A DNA stretch of 64,000 nt. Source: Octopus sinensis (lineage: Eukaryota). Both the position numbers and the translations under genes were made by a program. The notes below the pieces were generated by a model. That model worked only from the letters and a program-made list of their open reading frames with translations. It was not told the DNA's origin and ran no database searches. How positions within the stretch are numbered: the first letter of the stretch is position 1; every line of letters begins with the position of its first letter. Of this stretch, positions 53,040 to 64,000 are shown piece by piece. The stretch covers positions 51,150,001 to 51,214,000 of the forward strand of contig NC_043001.1 of assembly GCF_006345805.1 (NCBI RefSeq), in the 5' to 3' direction.

Positions 53040-54035
53040 TTCTGGCATCAGGTTGAACATTGTAGTGTCTTTGCAAAAGATGCTGTATAACAGAAGCTTC
53101 AAGACTGCATTTGAAAAAATTCCATCTAACTCCCTAGATTACAAGGTAGTTATCAGATCAGGCAAGAATCCATCTTGTCAACCTGGAAGGAGGTTTAATG
53201 CTCCAACAGCAAATGAAATAGCTATGCTTCTGGCTGGGCAAGAACATGACAAGCATGACATTGTCCTCCATCTCAGAGACAGCACACTGACAGACACAGT
53301 CCAACTACAAATGGAAGCTTCCAAAAATACCATGCTCACAGCATTCTTCAAGCTCTGTCAAGATGATGAATTTGCTACAAGACTGCTATACAATGAAGTT
53401 CCACATTTCTATACCTGGTACCAAAACAAATGGAAAAGACATGCACTTGGAGCACCCACACATCATCTGGGAATTAAAAAACCAGACACACTTGGCAGAG
53501 TCTCTGTTGCTCATCCCAACTACTAAGAGTGTTACTATCTAAGTCTTCTATTACACCATGTCAAGTAATCCACATTATTTACAGCCTTACATATGGTTAA
53601 TAACATAGTATGTCAAACATATTGCCAGGCTTGCCATCTCAGAGGTCTTCTAGAAGACGATGCACACTGGGATGCCACTCTGACAGAGGCACAAATGTGC
53701 AAGTCTCCTTTGCAGCTGAGAAACCTCTTCTCCATCATGGCAACATGATGGGTGAGAATGTCTTCATTCCAAGGATACCTCTTATCTCAAATGACCTCCC
53801 CTTTCAGTTCAAGAGACTGCAGTTTCCTGTCAAACTCAGCTTTGCAATGTCTATCAACAAAGCACAAGCTCAATCGCTAAAGGTGGTGGGGCTTAACCTC
53901 CTTCAACCTTGCTTCACACATGGTCAGCTGTATGTTGGATGTTCTAGAGTTGGAGATGAAAAGAACCTCTACATTCTCAGTGATAAACATGGCAAGAGAG
54001 AAAACACAGTATATGAAGAAGCACTTACATGAATA
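53040..54035 (+). mobile_element. Internally deleted Helitron (RepHel remnant)
   Basis: Three RepHel pieces: RRFNAPTANEIA (pre-Rep), TMLTAFFKLCQDDEFA..LLYNEVP..YTW...W (post-Rep) and the PIF1 C-terminus QFPVKLSFAMSINKAQAQSL..VGLNL..PCFTHGQLYVGCSRV. The HUH motifs and helicase core are absent. Confidence 0.9.
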
Positions 54036-54824
54036 GTAGGTCCATGTCATGTACATAATCATCCTCATCCTCATCGTTTAACGTCCGTTTTCCATGCTAG
54101 CATGGGTTGGACGGTTCGACAGGGGTCTGGGAAGCCAGGAGGCTGTGCCAGGCTCCAGTCTGATTTGGCAGTGTTTCTACAGCTGGATACCCTTCCTAAC
54201 GCCAACCACTCAGTGAGTGTAGAAGTATAAAACCATTGAGTGTTAAAGTATTACTATTACACTTTCACTTTTCAACTGATATGCGTGAATGTGTGTATAA
54301 AAATGCAACAGTAATGTGATATATTCATTGTCTGTTTGAGTGTGTGTGTGTGTGTGTGTGCACGCGCGTATGTGTGTGTGTATGTGTGTGTTTGTACTCT
54401 ATGCAGGGCATTTCATTGCTTATAATCTGTACCTGTTTTTTGGTTACGAAATAAGTTAGACAAACGTGTATTTACTTTATATACATATATGAGTTGAAAA
54501 CTTCCTTTCCACATTTCACTTAATGTCTATGTTCCATGCTGGCATGGGTTGCAGAGTTAAGTAGAAAGTTGGTATCTCAGCTACTAGCAGTTGAGACCTG
54601 TGTAATCTACATGGCAATTTTAAATTTCATTACATTCTTTAACCCAGGCAATGCTGGGTATTTCTGCTAGTATAATACAAATTAGAGTTTGGGACTGGAA
54701 GGATATCCAGTCTTAGAAAATTTGTCTCAACAAACTTTGCCCATGTGAGCATGGAAAAGTAGATGTTAAAACAACGATGATAACATTAATATATATATAT
54801 ATATATGTTATGGTCACCCCTCAC

Positions 54825-54849
54825 CATCAGAGGCTTTATATTAACCCAC
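54825..54849 (-). CDS. Candidate cytoplasmic microexon 2 (25 nt, phase 2-0), RWVNIKPLM
   Basis: Acceptor gccagttttcag|, donor GATG|gtgagg. Its only open frame is exactly the 2-0 phase needed to link 56912 to 48424. It was chosen partly for that fit, so support is weaker. Confidence 0.45.
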
Positions 54850-56911
54850 CTGAAAACTGGCACATTCACACACCCTCATAACATAAAACAAAATATTTTG
54901 AATGCTACAAATATATAAACGCATACAGAATGATATTTCAATAATGTTACCCATGCAAAAGCATAAAATGTTAAAGTTGACAAACTCAATGCTTTTCATT
55001 CCAGCAAAATAGCCATGCAAAGCATAAAATGTTAAAATTGACAACCTCAAGACTTTGTTATTCCAATAATTTTCAAGAGAAGATGTTTTTGTTGAACTAT
55101 AAGATGAAAGGAAAATCCTTAAAGTAAAAAGAAATTAATAAAAAACAAGGTATAACAAAGAAAGCAATAAACAAGCAGGAGTGAGAAAGATTTGAAATGT
55201 TCTTTTCTACTCTAGGCACAAGGCCCGAAATTTTTAGGGAGGGGGACACTTGATTAGAGTTGCAACTGGTACTTAATTAGAGTATGCAACTGGTACTTAA
55301 TTTATCGACCCCAAAAGGATGAAAGGCAAAATCGACCTCAGTGGAATTTGAACTCAAATGCAAAGACAGACAAAATACTGCTAAGCATTTCGACCAGCAT
55401 GCTAATGATTCTGCCAGCTTGCCGCTTTAAAGATCTGGGATATTGATGGAACAATTTCAGCATGGGTTATAAGAAAAGTTAGTAACTGATTCCAGCCTGA
55501 TCAGGCTCATATCCTCAGGGAAAAAGAAAGCTGATTAGTAAGAAAAATGTACAGTGCTTTTCTTTCTATCTACTAACTGACCTTCAACTCTTATATTAAG
55601 GTAGCAAGCTGTCTATGTTGTTAGAGCATCTGATAGAATGCCTCACAGAATTTGTCCTGACTCTCATTCCCACCATAACCATTCTCTCTTTCTGTATCAT
55701 TCTCCAATATGTACTGGGATTTTCTTAAAACAGTCAGATATGATATGAAGAAGTCTCACTGGTTTTACTAGCTGGCAATAACAGCAGTTGACAAAAGTAG
55801 AAGTTGGTGCTGAGATAAAGGCAAGAGTAGGTGAAGGGTAGCAACAGAGGTTGTTCAGAGAGGAATAGGAGTGCTGGCTGGCAACACAGCATAGTGAAGT
55901 TAAAGTGTATTGGATAGAGGATGATGGTAGCCAAATGCAGCTTCTTATATACTACTGAAGGGCAAGTGGGCAGTGATGAAGATGATGTGATCAGCAACAG
56001 GTGGTAAGGACATGATAGATGGAGAGCTCTTAGGCAAAAGGAAATGTAAAAGCAGAGATGATTTGGTAGAGAGGAGGTGGAGCAAGGATGCTAAGTGAAG
56101 TGAAACAAAGGCCTGGGTAGGTAGAGGGCAGCAAATGTAGGCTTAAAAGTACCACATTATGGGGTGACAATAGATTTTCATGATGGAGCACTGGAATAAC
56201 AGGTGATTACTAGACTAAGCTACCATCTTTTTCTATTTTCTATTTTTTCAGTTTCTTTTATTTTTTAGCTTATATTTTAATTCAGCACTGTACAATCTCT
56301 TCTACATCCAACATTATTAGCTCTTTATATTGAATAGTTAGGTAGAGTTAATTGGAGGGTAATGCGATTTTTGTCCTTGGATAGCAACTGTTATTTCCTA
56401 TTTGCTTACCCCTAGAAAGTATGAAAAATGGCTAATATTTTCTTCAAACTTTGCTTTTGTCATGTTTATTCAAACCCCAAAGAATCCCTCTCACACATGG
56501 CTATGATGCTCTCCAACATGATCAGAAATGCACATATTGTCAGCCCCTGAGGGACATGCTCAAGGGATTAAGGTCAAATGAACGACAAGCAAATCTGTGG
56601 TATTGAGCAGAATATTTGCTATAATGATATTTCTGCTTCAGCAACTCAGCACTGAATCTGTCTGACATGTAACGGAAAATAGGTCAGTTTCAAAGGTCAC
56701 AACATCAAAGTTTGAAGGGAACAGTAGTCATTTCCTTTGATTTCTAGATAGAAGCAAATAGGAAATAACACTTACTGACCAAAGACAAAAAAATAAAAAT
56801 AAAATAAAAATTTTGTTACATAGTGTTATACATTAAGTGTTAGAATTATTATGATAGATGTTAGAAAATGAAGAAAAGAAAAATGAATTGTTAAAAAAGA
56901 AAACAATTTAC

Positions 56912-56936
56912 CTTGAATATTCCCTTTTTTCAGTAA
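56912..56936 (-). CDS. Cytoplasmic microexon 1 (25 nt, phase 1-2), VTEKREYS
   Basis: Long pyrimidine tract ttttgttttgtttttttacag|, donor CAAG|gtaaat; open in the phase needed after the TM exon. Confidence 0.7.
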
Positions 56937-58843
56937 CTGTAAAAAAACAAAACAAAAATACAAAATAAGAATAAGATGGTAATATAACAAATGAATTTTG
57001 AAAAAAATTATGTGGAAGTATTTAAGCTGCATAAAAGTAATTAAGTGATTTTAATTGCTTTCATTTCATTCACACCTAGAGTATCTAAATCTCCCTCATA
57101 TCACTTACTACTGCCTCAAAACAATGGAAGGCTGCATTAGACAATGTAGTCTGAGGTACACTGTAGCTCAAAAAAAAAAAAAATGAATGATGAGATGGTC
57201 ACAACTGGAATGCTTATGATCATAGGTTTGCTCAATCAAGGCCATCTTGTGGCTAATCAACATCAACAGCAATAACAACAATCGAGTCTCAGAGCCTACA
57301 TGGAAAGCTCTACATTGTCACTTGACCATCTAGAAAGAGAAGCTAAGTTTCCCCCTGAATGGAAGAGCACATTGGTTAATCATTTGTGGTGGACTATGTC
57401 TAGAAAAAAATAAGTGATCTATGTGGTTGTGAGCAGGTATAGGCCTCTTTTTTGGATTTCCCACTCAGTATCCAATGGAACATGGAAAATGTAACCCCTG
57501 GACGAAGAGAGGGCTTCTCATTTTCAGCAAAGTAAACTGGAGTAGTGTCTTTCTCAAGGACACAATGCTTCACCTGATCCAAGAATTGAACCCACAACCT
57601 TGCAATTGTGAAGCAAAACCAAAAGACATCTTCACACACATGCATGTGCATACATGCACAAACACACACACACACCTATGTCTGTGTGATATCTGGTCAC
57701 AAAAGGCATATCTGCCTCATGGAATGTATATTTAATTTGGAAAAAAAAAAAGGCATAAAAAAGTAATTTTTTCTAATATTGGCACAAGACCTGAAATTTT
57801 AGTGGGGTGGTGATCGTCAATTACATCTGTACTTATTTCATTGACCCCAAAAGGAGGAAAGGCAAGGTTGACCATGACAAAATTTGAACTTAAAATGTTG
57901 TTAAACATTTTGTCCATCATTCTAATGATTCTGCCAGCTTGCCACCTTTGCAGGCATAAAAAATAATGATAATGAACACAGAACAATTAACATGATTGCT
58001 CATTACTTAATTAGATTAACAAAATAGTAAAACCAAGTGAAGTCTTTATTGTTTTTTGCTATCAAGCTTGATTAACTGAATGTCTAAATCATTCAATCAA
58101 AATGTAAGTAGCAAGGTATCCCCCAGACATCATTGTTTCATGTTATGTCCACCTGTGGCAGAATGTGCACTAACATGAGATTCTTGGCTCCACAGTTTAG
58201 TGTTGTTTGGTCATCACTCTAGTAGTAGTTTTCTCTGTATTAAATGTTAATGCAGGTGCAAGGTTAGGAATAATGAAGGAGGCATTCTTAAACTTCACAA
58301 ATAATTTAATCATAGATAAGAACCGATATGAGTTCACCAAGAATATGCTTCGAGTGAACCAGCACAGAAATGTGAAAAGTTACACACAATATTTTGCCCA
58401 GTTGTGTTCTGCATGAAAGAAATGCAATAGAAAGTGTACAAAGGCAATTCACACTACAAATGATTCGCTAGTGGCACAAGAGAAATCTGAATGCATGTGG
58501 TGTAACATAAGGGCTTGAGGCACACAGTTGCCGGTAGAGGCCATCTTCTTAGCTTAAGCCACATGTAGACAAGTATTGTTGCTCTCCATAACATGGATGT
58601 GAACAGGCTGGATTAGGAATAACAAAGAAAGAACAAATTTCTCTGTCTCATATATAGGCTGAAAGACTGCTGGCTCCTCCTAGTGAACAAAACCCTTCCA
58701 GAACAGTCAGTGCTATAGTGCAATTACTAAAAGGGACATAAATCCACTGTACTTGGAACATTCTAGAGTGGGAGGTCAGTGATGTTGAATCCCCTGGCTT
58801 CCGGAGGACCATAAATAGAACAATGACAGAATCTGTTTCAATT

Positions 58844-59079
58844 CATAAGATGGCGAGCTGGCAGAAACGTTAGCGCACCGGGTGAAATGCTTAGCGGTAT
58901 TTCGTTTGGCGTTACATTCCGAGTTCAAATTCCGCTGAGGTTGACTCTTCCTTTCATCCTTTCGGGGTAGATAAATTAAGTACCAGTTATACACTGGGGT
59001 CAATGTAATCGACTTAATCCCTTTGTCTGTTCTTGTTTGTCCCCTCTATGTTTAGCCCCTTGTGGGCAATAAAGAAATA
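58844..59079 (+). mobile_element. Young tRNA-derived SINE (family B, ~235 bp) with 16-bp TSD
   Basis: A-box tggcagaaacgttag, B-box gagttcaaattcc, central cctttcatcctttcggggtagataaattaagtaccag domain; TSD agaatctgtttcaatt at 58828-58843 and 59080-59095. Confidence 0.9.
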
Positions 59080-59502
59080 AGAATCTGTTTCAATTTACGT
59101 CACACCTACAGTAGTATGAATCTATGTTATTCGACATACCTCATGTAAGTATCATCAGCCATACTCTTCCATACTGGCATGTTGGAAGAAGGTACCAATT
59201 TTGGAGTTTTTCTTCTCCTTGATTCATTGCTTTCACCTCAGTTAAGGCACTCAATCTACACTTACAAAAATCTATTCAACTCATAGATGAGACACTGACA
59301 GATATTACTGTTCTGTGTCAAGATCAACCTGAAGTTAATGGTTATTTGAAGGTGACTCCCCACAACTTAAGAACTTCTGAACAGCTGCCTCACCACTGGA
59401 TGCAGTTTAATGTCATATCCAGGAGATTCCACAGGCAAATGTCTCCTTAATGTAAATCCAAGTCTAAATCAGCATGATAGAGAAAAATTGGCAATACTTT
59501 AC

Positions 59503-59610
59503 CTGATGGGATCTTCCTGATAGAAAAGTACCAAAAGCAGCATATGATAAGTGTAACAAGAATGAGAACTATCACAGCACACGTAATTCCAATGATCAGT
59601 ACATTATTAG
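59503..59610 (-). CDS. Transmembrane exon of the same receptor
   Basis: 108 nt, phase 1-1, acceptor gttatgtactttcag|, donor TCAG|gtaaag. Encodes ANNVLIIGITCAVIVLILVTLIICCFWYFSIRKIPS: a hydrophobic helix followed by CC, aromatic residues and an RK stop-transfer signal. Confidence 0.9.
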
Positions 59611-59699
59611 CTGAAAGTACATAACAAGTAAGGGTTACTGAGAACTAGAAGAAAGAGGATGTAAAGAGAGAGGTAAAGAGAGCTATATAAAGACAGAGA

Positions 59700-59701
59700 G
59701 A

Positions 59702-59750
<49 letters not shown>

Positions 59751-60000
59751 TTACATATATCTTAGTTGTCAATCATGGCCTGGATCTCACCTGGATATCA
59801 TCATGATGACGACCACGATATATATGTGTGTATATGCATATATATATGTGTGTGTGTATATATATATATATGTATGTATGTGTATATATATGTAAATGTG
59901 TGTGTGTGTATATATATACATATATATATATATATGTATGTATATATATATGAATATATATATATATATGTATATATATATATGTATATATATACACACA

Positions 60001-60065
<65 letters not shown>

Positions 60066-60068
60066 TAT

Positions 60069-60110
<42 letters not shown>
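59700..60110. repeat. Compound (TG)n/(TA)n/(CA)n microsatellite
   Basis: Explains the YI/HT/CV ORFs; similar tracts occur throughout the window. Confidence 0.95.
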
Positions 60111-60111
<1 letters not shown>

Positions 60112-61328
60112 CAAATAAGAAAAGGGAGAGGATAATCAATCGACAAACATCAGCCTGTAAACATTCATTTGGATCTATTTATTAATTAATTACAATCATA
60201 TGTATAAGTAATCAAAACAAATAAACAAATAAAAATAAGTAAATGAATAAGAAGTTAATGAGGGAAAAATACTAAACTCTTACAGCTATTTCTACTTTGG
60301 GGGTGTCCAACTTGTCAAGGTTTCCACATCATACCAGTAATATACAGGGATTGTACAAAGGTTGAACAAACATTGGACAGGGGTTGGACAATAATTGAGC
60401 CCCAAAGCTTCATCAGAGAGACCATAATGTTAGGAATCTAACATGTGATGAAGTAATATAAAATAATATAATAAAATAATAAAAAAAAAATAGTAAGAGA
60501 TAGCAAAAAAGTCAATTCCAAAGTAATATCCGTAAGTTATGGGATTATAGCTTATAGTAAAGAAAGTCACTCCCAGAAGTGATTTCCATTGGTTCTGAGA
60601 GTTACATCCTATTTCAATATACTGGAGGAAATAGCAATGGTAAGACATTGTGGAGTGAGGTTAATGGGATAGTCCATATCACAGGATCAAAAGTTAGAGG
60701 CTAATGGCTATGTAATAAAGTATCATAAAAATTAACAAAGTTAATGTAATGTGAACTTGCTTGGGAAATCAATACATAACTATATCAATGAAGGAATAAT
60801 TTGGGTAAAACTTGAGTGCAGGTCGTGCATGAAGACATTTGGTATTCCTCATACAAGATGAAGAAAGGGCCAATTTTTATCCCAAGCCATCAAGGACAAG
60901 AGGAAAGTCAATGCTATGAAGCTTTTGAACAAATTCAAGCATCCCCTTCAAATGAACGTTTTGGTTTATCTCAGATAAGAAAAATTTCTGTCAGAATCAA
61001 ATGGTGAACACAGAACAACCTTTGACTTACCGTGTCCCCAAAATATGTACTGAGAGTGATAAAAATCAAACACCCAGTCAACATGATGGTGTTTGGAGTG
61101 ATCATTAGTGATGGCAATGTTAGCCTCCATTCATCTTCCCACGTGGCCTCAGACTCAACACAGAGTCCTACATCAAGTGCCTGGTGAAGGTAGTGATGCC
61201 CTGGATCAAAAGGCTGGCTGCTGGAAAACCCTGTGTCTGGCAACAGAACTCTGCACCATACTACACAGGCAGGAGAAACCAGTCATGGCTGTCAGACAAT
61301 TTCTGTGACTACATCACCCCTAACATCT

Positions 61329-61561
61329 ATTTCTTTACTACCCACAAGGGGCTAAACACAGAGAGGACAAACAAGGACAGACAAATGGATTAAGTCGGTT
61401 ATATCGACCCCAGTGCATAACTGGTGCTTATTCAATCGACCCCGAAAGGATGAAAGGCAAAGTTGACCTCAGCGGAATTTGAACTCAGGACGTAGCGGTA
61501 GACGAAATACTGCAAAGCATTTCGCCCGGCGTGCTAACGTTTCTGCCAGCTTGCTGCCTTA
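61329..61561 (-). mobile_element. Young family-B SINE inserted in the maT transposase, 16-bp TSD
   Basis: TSD atcacccctaacatct at 61313-61328 and 61562-61577; removing the SINE and one TSD restores ...DYITPNIWPPNSPD. Confidence 0.95.
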
Positions 61562-61800
61562 ATCACCCCTAACATCTGGCCACCTAACTCCCCAGACTGC
61601 AACCCCCTTGATTATTATGTGTGGGGCATAATTGTGTAAGAGACCAACAAAACTCCTTGTAACACCAAAGATGAACTGAAAGCAAGGATATTGGCAACAG
61701 TCACCAACTTAAACAAGGAGACCATCCAGAAGAGTTGCAAGAGATTCTGAAGTTGTCTGGAGGCTGTGGTTGAAGCCGATGGCGATTTTATTGAATAAAT

Positions 61801-62211
61801 TTACTTGTTTCAGTCATTTGACTGTGGCCATGCTGGAGCACTGCTTTTAGTCGAGCAAATCGACCCCAGGACTTATTCTTTGTAAGCCTAGTACTTATTC
61901 TATCGGTCACTTTTGCTGAACCACTAAGTTGCGGGGAAGGAAACACACCAGCATTGATTGTCAAGTGATGTTGGGGGTGACAAACACAGACACACAAACA
62001 TATACACACATATATACATATATATGTATATATATATATATATATATGATGGGCTTCTTTTAGTTTCCATCTACCAAATCCACTCACAAGGCTTTGGTAG
62101 ACCCAAGGCTATAGTAGAAGACACTTGCCCAAGGTGCCACACAGTGGGACTGAACTGGGAACCATGTGGTTGGTAAGCAAGCTACTTACCACACAGCCAC
62201 TCCTACGCCTA
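61801..62211 (-). mobile_element. SINE family A copy inserted in the 3' UTR of the maT element
   Basis: Splits gaataaattta / ctttagtatttcaagat, a stretch that is contiguous (reverse strand) in the 38139-38442 copy. Confidence 0.85.
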
Positions 62212-63449
62212 TACACTTTAGTATTTCAAGATATTTCTTTGTAATTTTGGTAAATATATCTGTTAAAATGAGATGTCAGTGATATTTTCATGTTTGCATA
62301 ATTTAGATGACAATTTATTCACCACACCCTGTATATATATATATGTGTGTGTGAGTTTAGATGGATATATCATTCAGCTGGATACCATGGTGGTTCTCAG
62401 TTACAGCTATCACATCTATTAGTATTTGATATCTATGACTACTATTAATCATCACTGATGCTGAAAATTTCTGTGATGGGTAACTCCATATTCACTTCAC
62501 TGGATAATAATATTGCCTGGAGTGTATATTAGCAATAATTATAACAATATTGAACATGTGTGTGTGATGGGCTTCACTTACAGTTTCTGCCTACTAAATT
62601 CACTTACAAGGTATTATATATGGTAGCTGTGATACCAGTGCTGGTGGCACATAAGAGAACCATCCAAATGTGGCCATTGCTAGCGCTGCTCCGACTGGCT
62701 TCCGTGCTGATGGCACATAAAAGCACCATCTGATCGTGGCCATTGCCAGCCTTGCCTGGCCTCTGTGCCGGTGGCACATAAAAAGCACCATCTGATCATG
62801 GTCGTTTGCCAGCCTCACCTGGCACCTGTGCCGGTGGCACATAAAAATCACCCACTACGCTCATGGAGTGGTTGGCATTAGGAAGGGCATCCAGCCGTAG
62901 AAACATTGCCAGATCAGACTGGGCTTGGTGCAGCCTTCTGGCTTCCCAGACCCCAGTTGCACCGTCCAACCCATGCCAGCATGGAAAGCAGATGCTAAAC
63001 GATGATGATAATGATGATATATGTATATATAAGCACATGGATGTGGTTGTGTGGTGGGAAGCTTGCTTCCCAACCATATGACCCTGGGTTCAGTCTCACT
63101 AAATGGCACCTTGGGCAAATGCTTCCTACAAAAGTCCTGGGCGGATCAAAGCCTTGTGAGTGGATTTGGAAGATGAATCCTGTCACATATATACATGTAT
63201 GTGTGTGTGTATGTATGTCTGTATGTTTGGGCTTATCCCCCCACCACTTGACACCTGTACTGGTTTGTTTACATCTTGTAAATTAGTGGCTCAGCAAAAA
63301 AAAAAAGGCCAATAGTATTAGTAGCAGAAGCAAACTTTAAAATAAATACAGGGTTGATTTGTTCAAGTAAACCTTACAAATTGGTACCCCAGCATGGCCA
63401 CAGACCAAGAACTGAATCAAATAGAAAATAAAAGATAAATAAACCTTAC

Positions 63450-63770
63450 CTGTAACTGCATTTCTTAAAATAAATGTAGCATTTGATACACCTTCTTTAT
63501 TGTGAACATATAGCGTGTATTTTCCAAAATCTTTCTCTCTAATATTTTTTAATTCTAATTGAGCAATATATCCTGGTAACTGAACTGTTTCATTTACCAC
63601 AGTTGCTTGACGATTTGATTGGGATAAAATTACCCCTTCTTTTAGATGATTGTTATGGAGCCACTCAACATGAATTTTCTGAGAGTATGAATAAATGAAA
63701 CACTTAACAGTTTTGCTCTGTGACTCTTCAGCTTCAATGACATTTTCTAGATGATCCACAATAGGAACAC
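63450..63770 (-). CDS. Ig-like domain exon of a type-I membrane receptor (membrane-proximal domain)
   Basis: 321 nt, phase 1-1, acceptor ttttttaaatttcag| and donor ACAG|gtaagg. Translation GVPIVDHLENVIEAEESQSKTVKCFIYSYSQKIHVEW...GYIAQLELKNIREKDFGKYTLYVHNKEGVSNATFILRNAVT has the Ig hallmarks (B-strand C, C-strand W, DxGxY, NxxG). Symmetric phase-1 exons of about 100 codons are typical of IgSF domains. Confidence 0.9.
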
Positions 63771-64000
63771 CTGAAATTTAAAAAAACAAAAAAAAAAGTA
63801 AAAACTGTTAAATATGTGACTGGACATTGACTTCCATTCCTTTAGCAGTGAGAGAAATGAAAGTAATAAAATGAACATACATGCTCACACAAGCATACAT
63901 CTTTTATTTGATTCGCTCATTAGACTGTGGCCATACTGGGGCATTACACTGAGGAATATTTTTAGTCAAATGAACTGAGTCCAATACTTACTTTTTTTTT

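Larger units (their letters stand above)
60815..62331 (+). mobile_element. 5'-truncated DD37D (maT-type) Tc1/mariner element interrupted by two SINEs
   Basis: Frameshifted transposase ...FSD...MVFGVI...WQQNSAP...WPPNSPDCNPLDYYVWG...LEAVVEADGDFIE*; 37 residues between the second (D>N) and third catalytic positions; right TIR ttattcaccacaccctg followed by TA at 62332-33. Confidence 0.9.

Noticed and set aside
59700-60146. Multiple 100+ aa YI/HT/CV ORFs
   Set aside because: Dinucleotide microsatellite translations.
60430-60648. Hydrophobic minus-strand ORF between the Ig and TM exons as an alternative TM
   Set aside because: Its acceptor is open only in phase 0 while the Ig exon ends in phase 1, and the hydrophobicity comes from a T-rich tract.

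Overview
AT-rich eukaryotic genomic DNA packed with microsatellites, SINEs and decayed transposons. The repeat repertoire looks like a coleoid cephalopod (Octopus-like); this is an inference from recalled repeat families, not a database result. The main result is not visible in the ORF track: by reading splice signals by hand, the 3' part of a minus-strand Ig-superfamily type-I membrane receptor gene can be assembled across about 38 kb. It consists of an Ig-domain exon (63450-63770), a transmembrane exon (59503-59610), ten 25-56 nt microexons and a short terminal exon. All junctions are AG/GT and join in one open frame, giving a roughly 138-aa cytoplasmic tail with 10 tyrosines, an EPIYA motif and a tandemly duplicated two-exon phosphotyrosine cassette. 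One link (54825-54849) and the terminal exon are less certain. Two plus-strand stop-containing exons (5642-5792, 12336-12567) suggest a second, convergent gene with similar Tyr motifs. The rest is: a nearly intact irritans-type mariner, DD37D (maT) and other Tc1/mariner remnants, a deleted Helitron, several RTE-clade LINE fragments (one 5'-inverted), at least four SINE-like families, palindromic MITEs, a 1.08-kb palindrome and a perfect 293-bp local duplication. No rRNA, true tRNA or CRISPR was found. Exon calls are predictions from sequence only and need RNA evidence; repeat boundaries are approximate unless a TSD or TIR is quoted.
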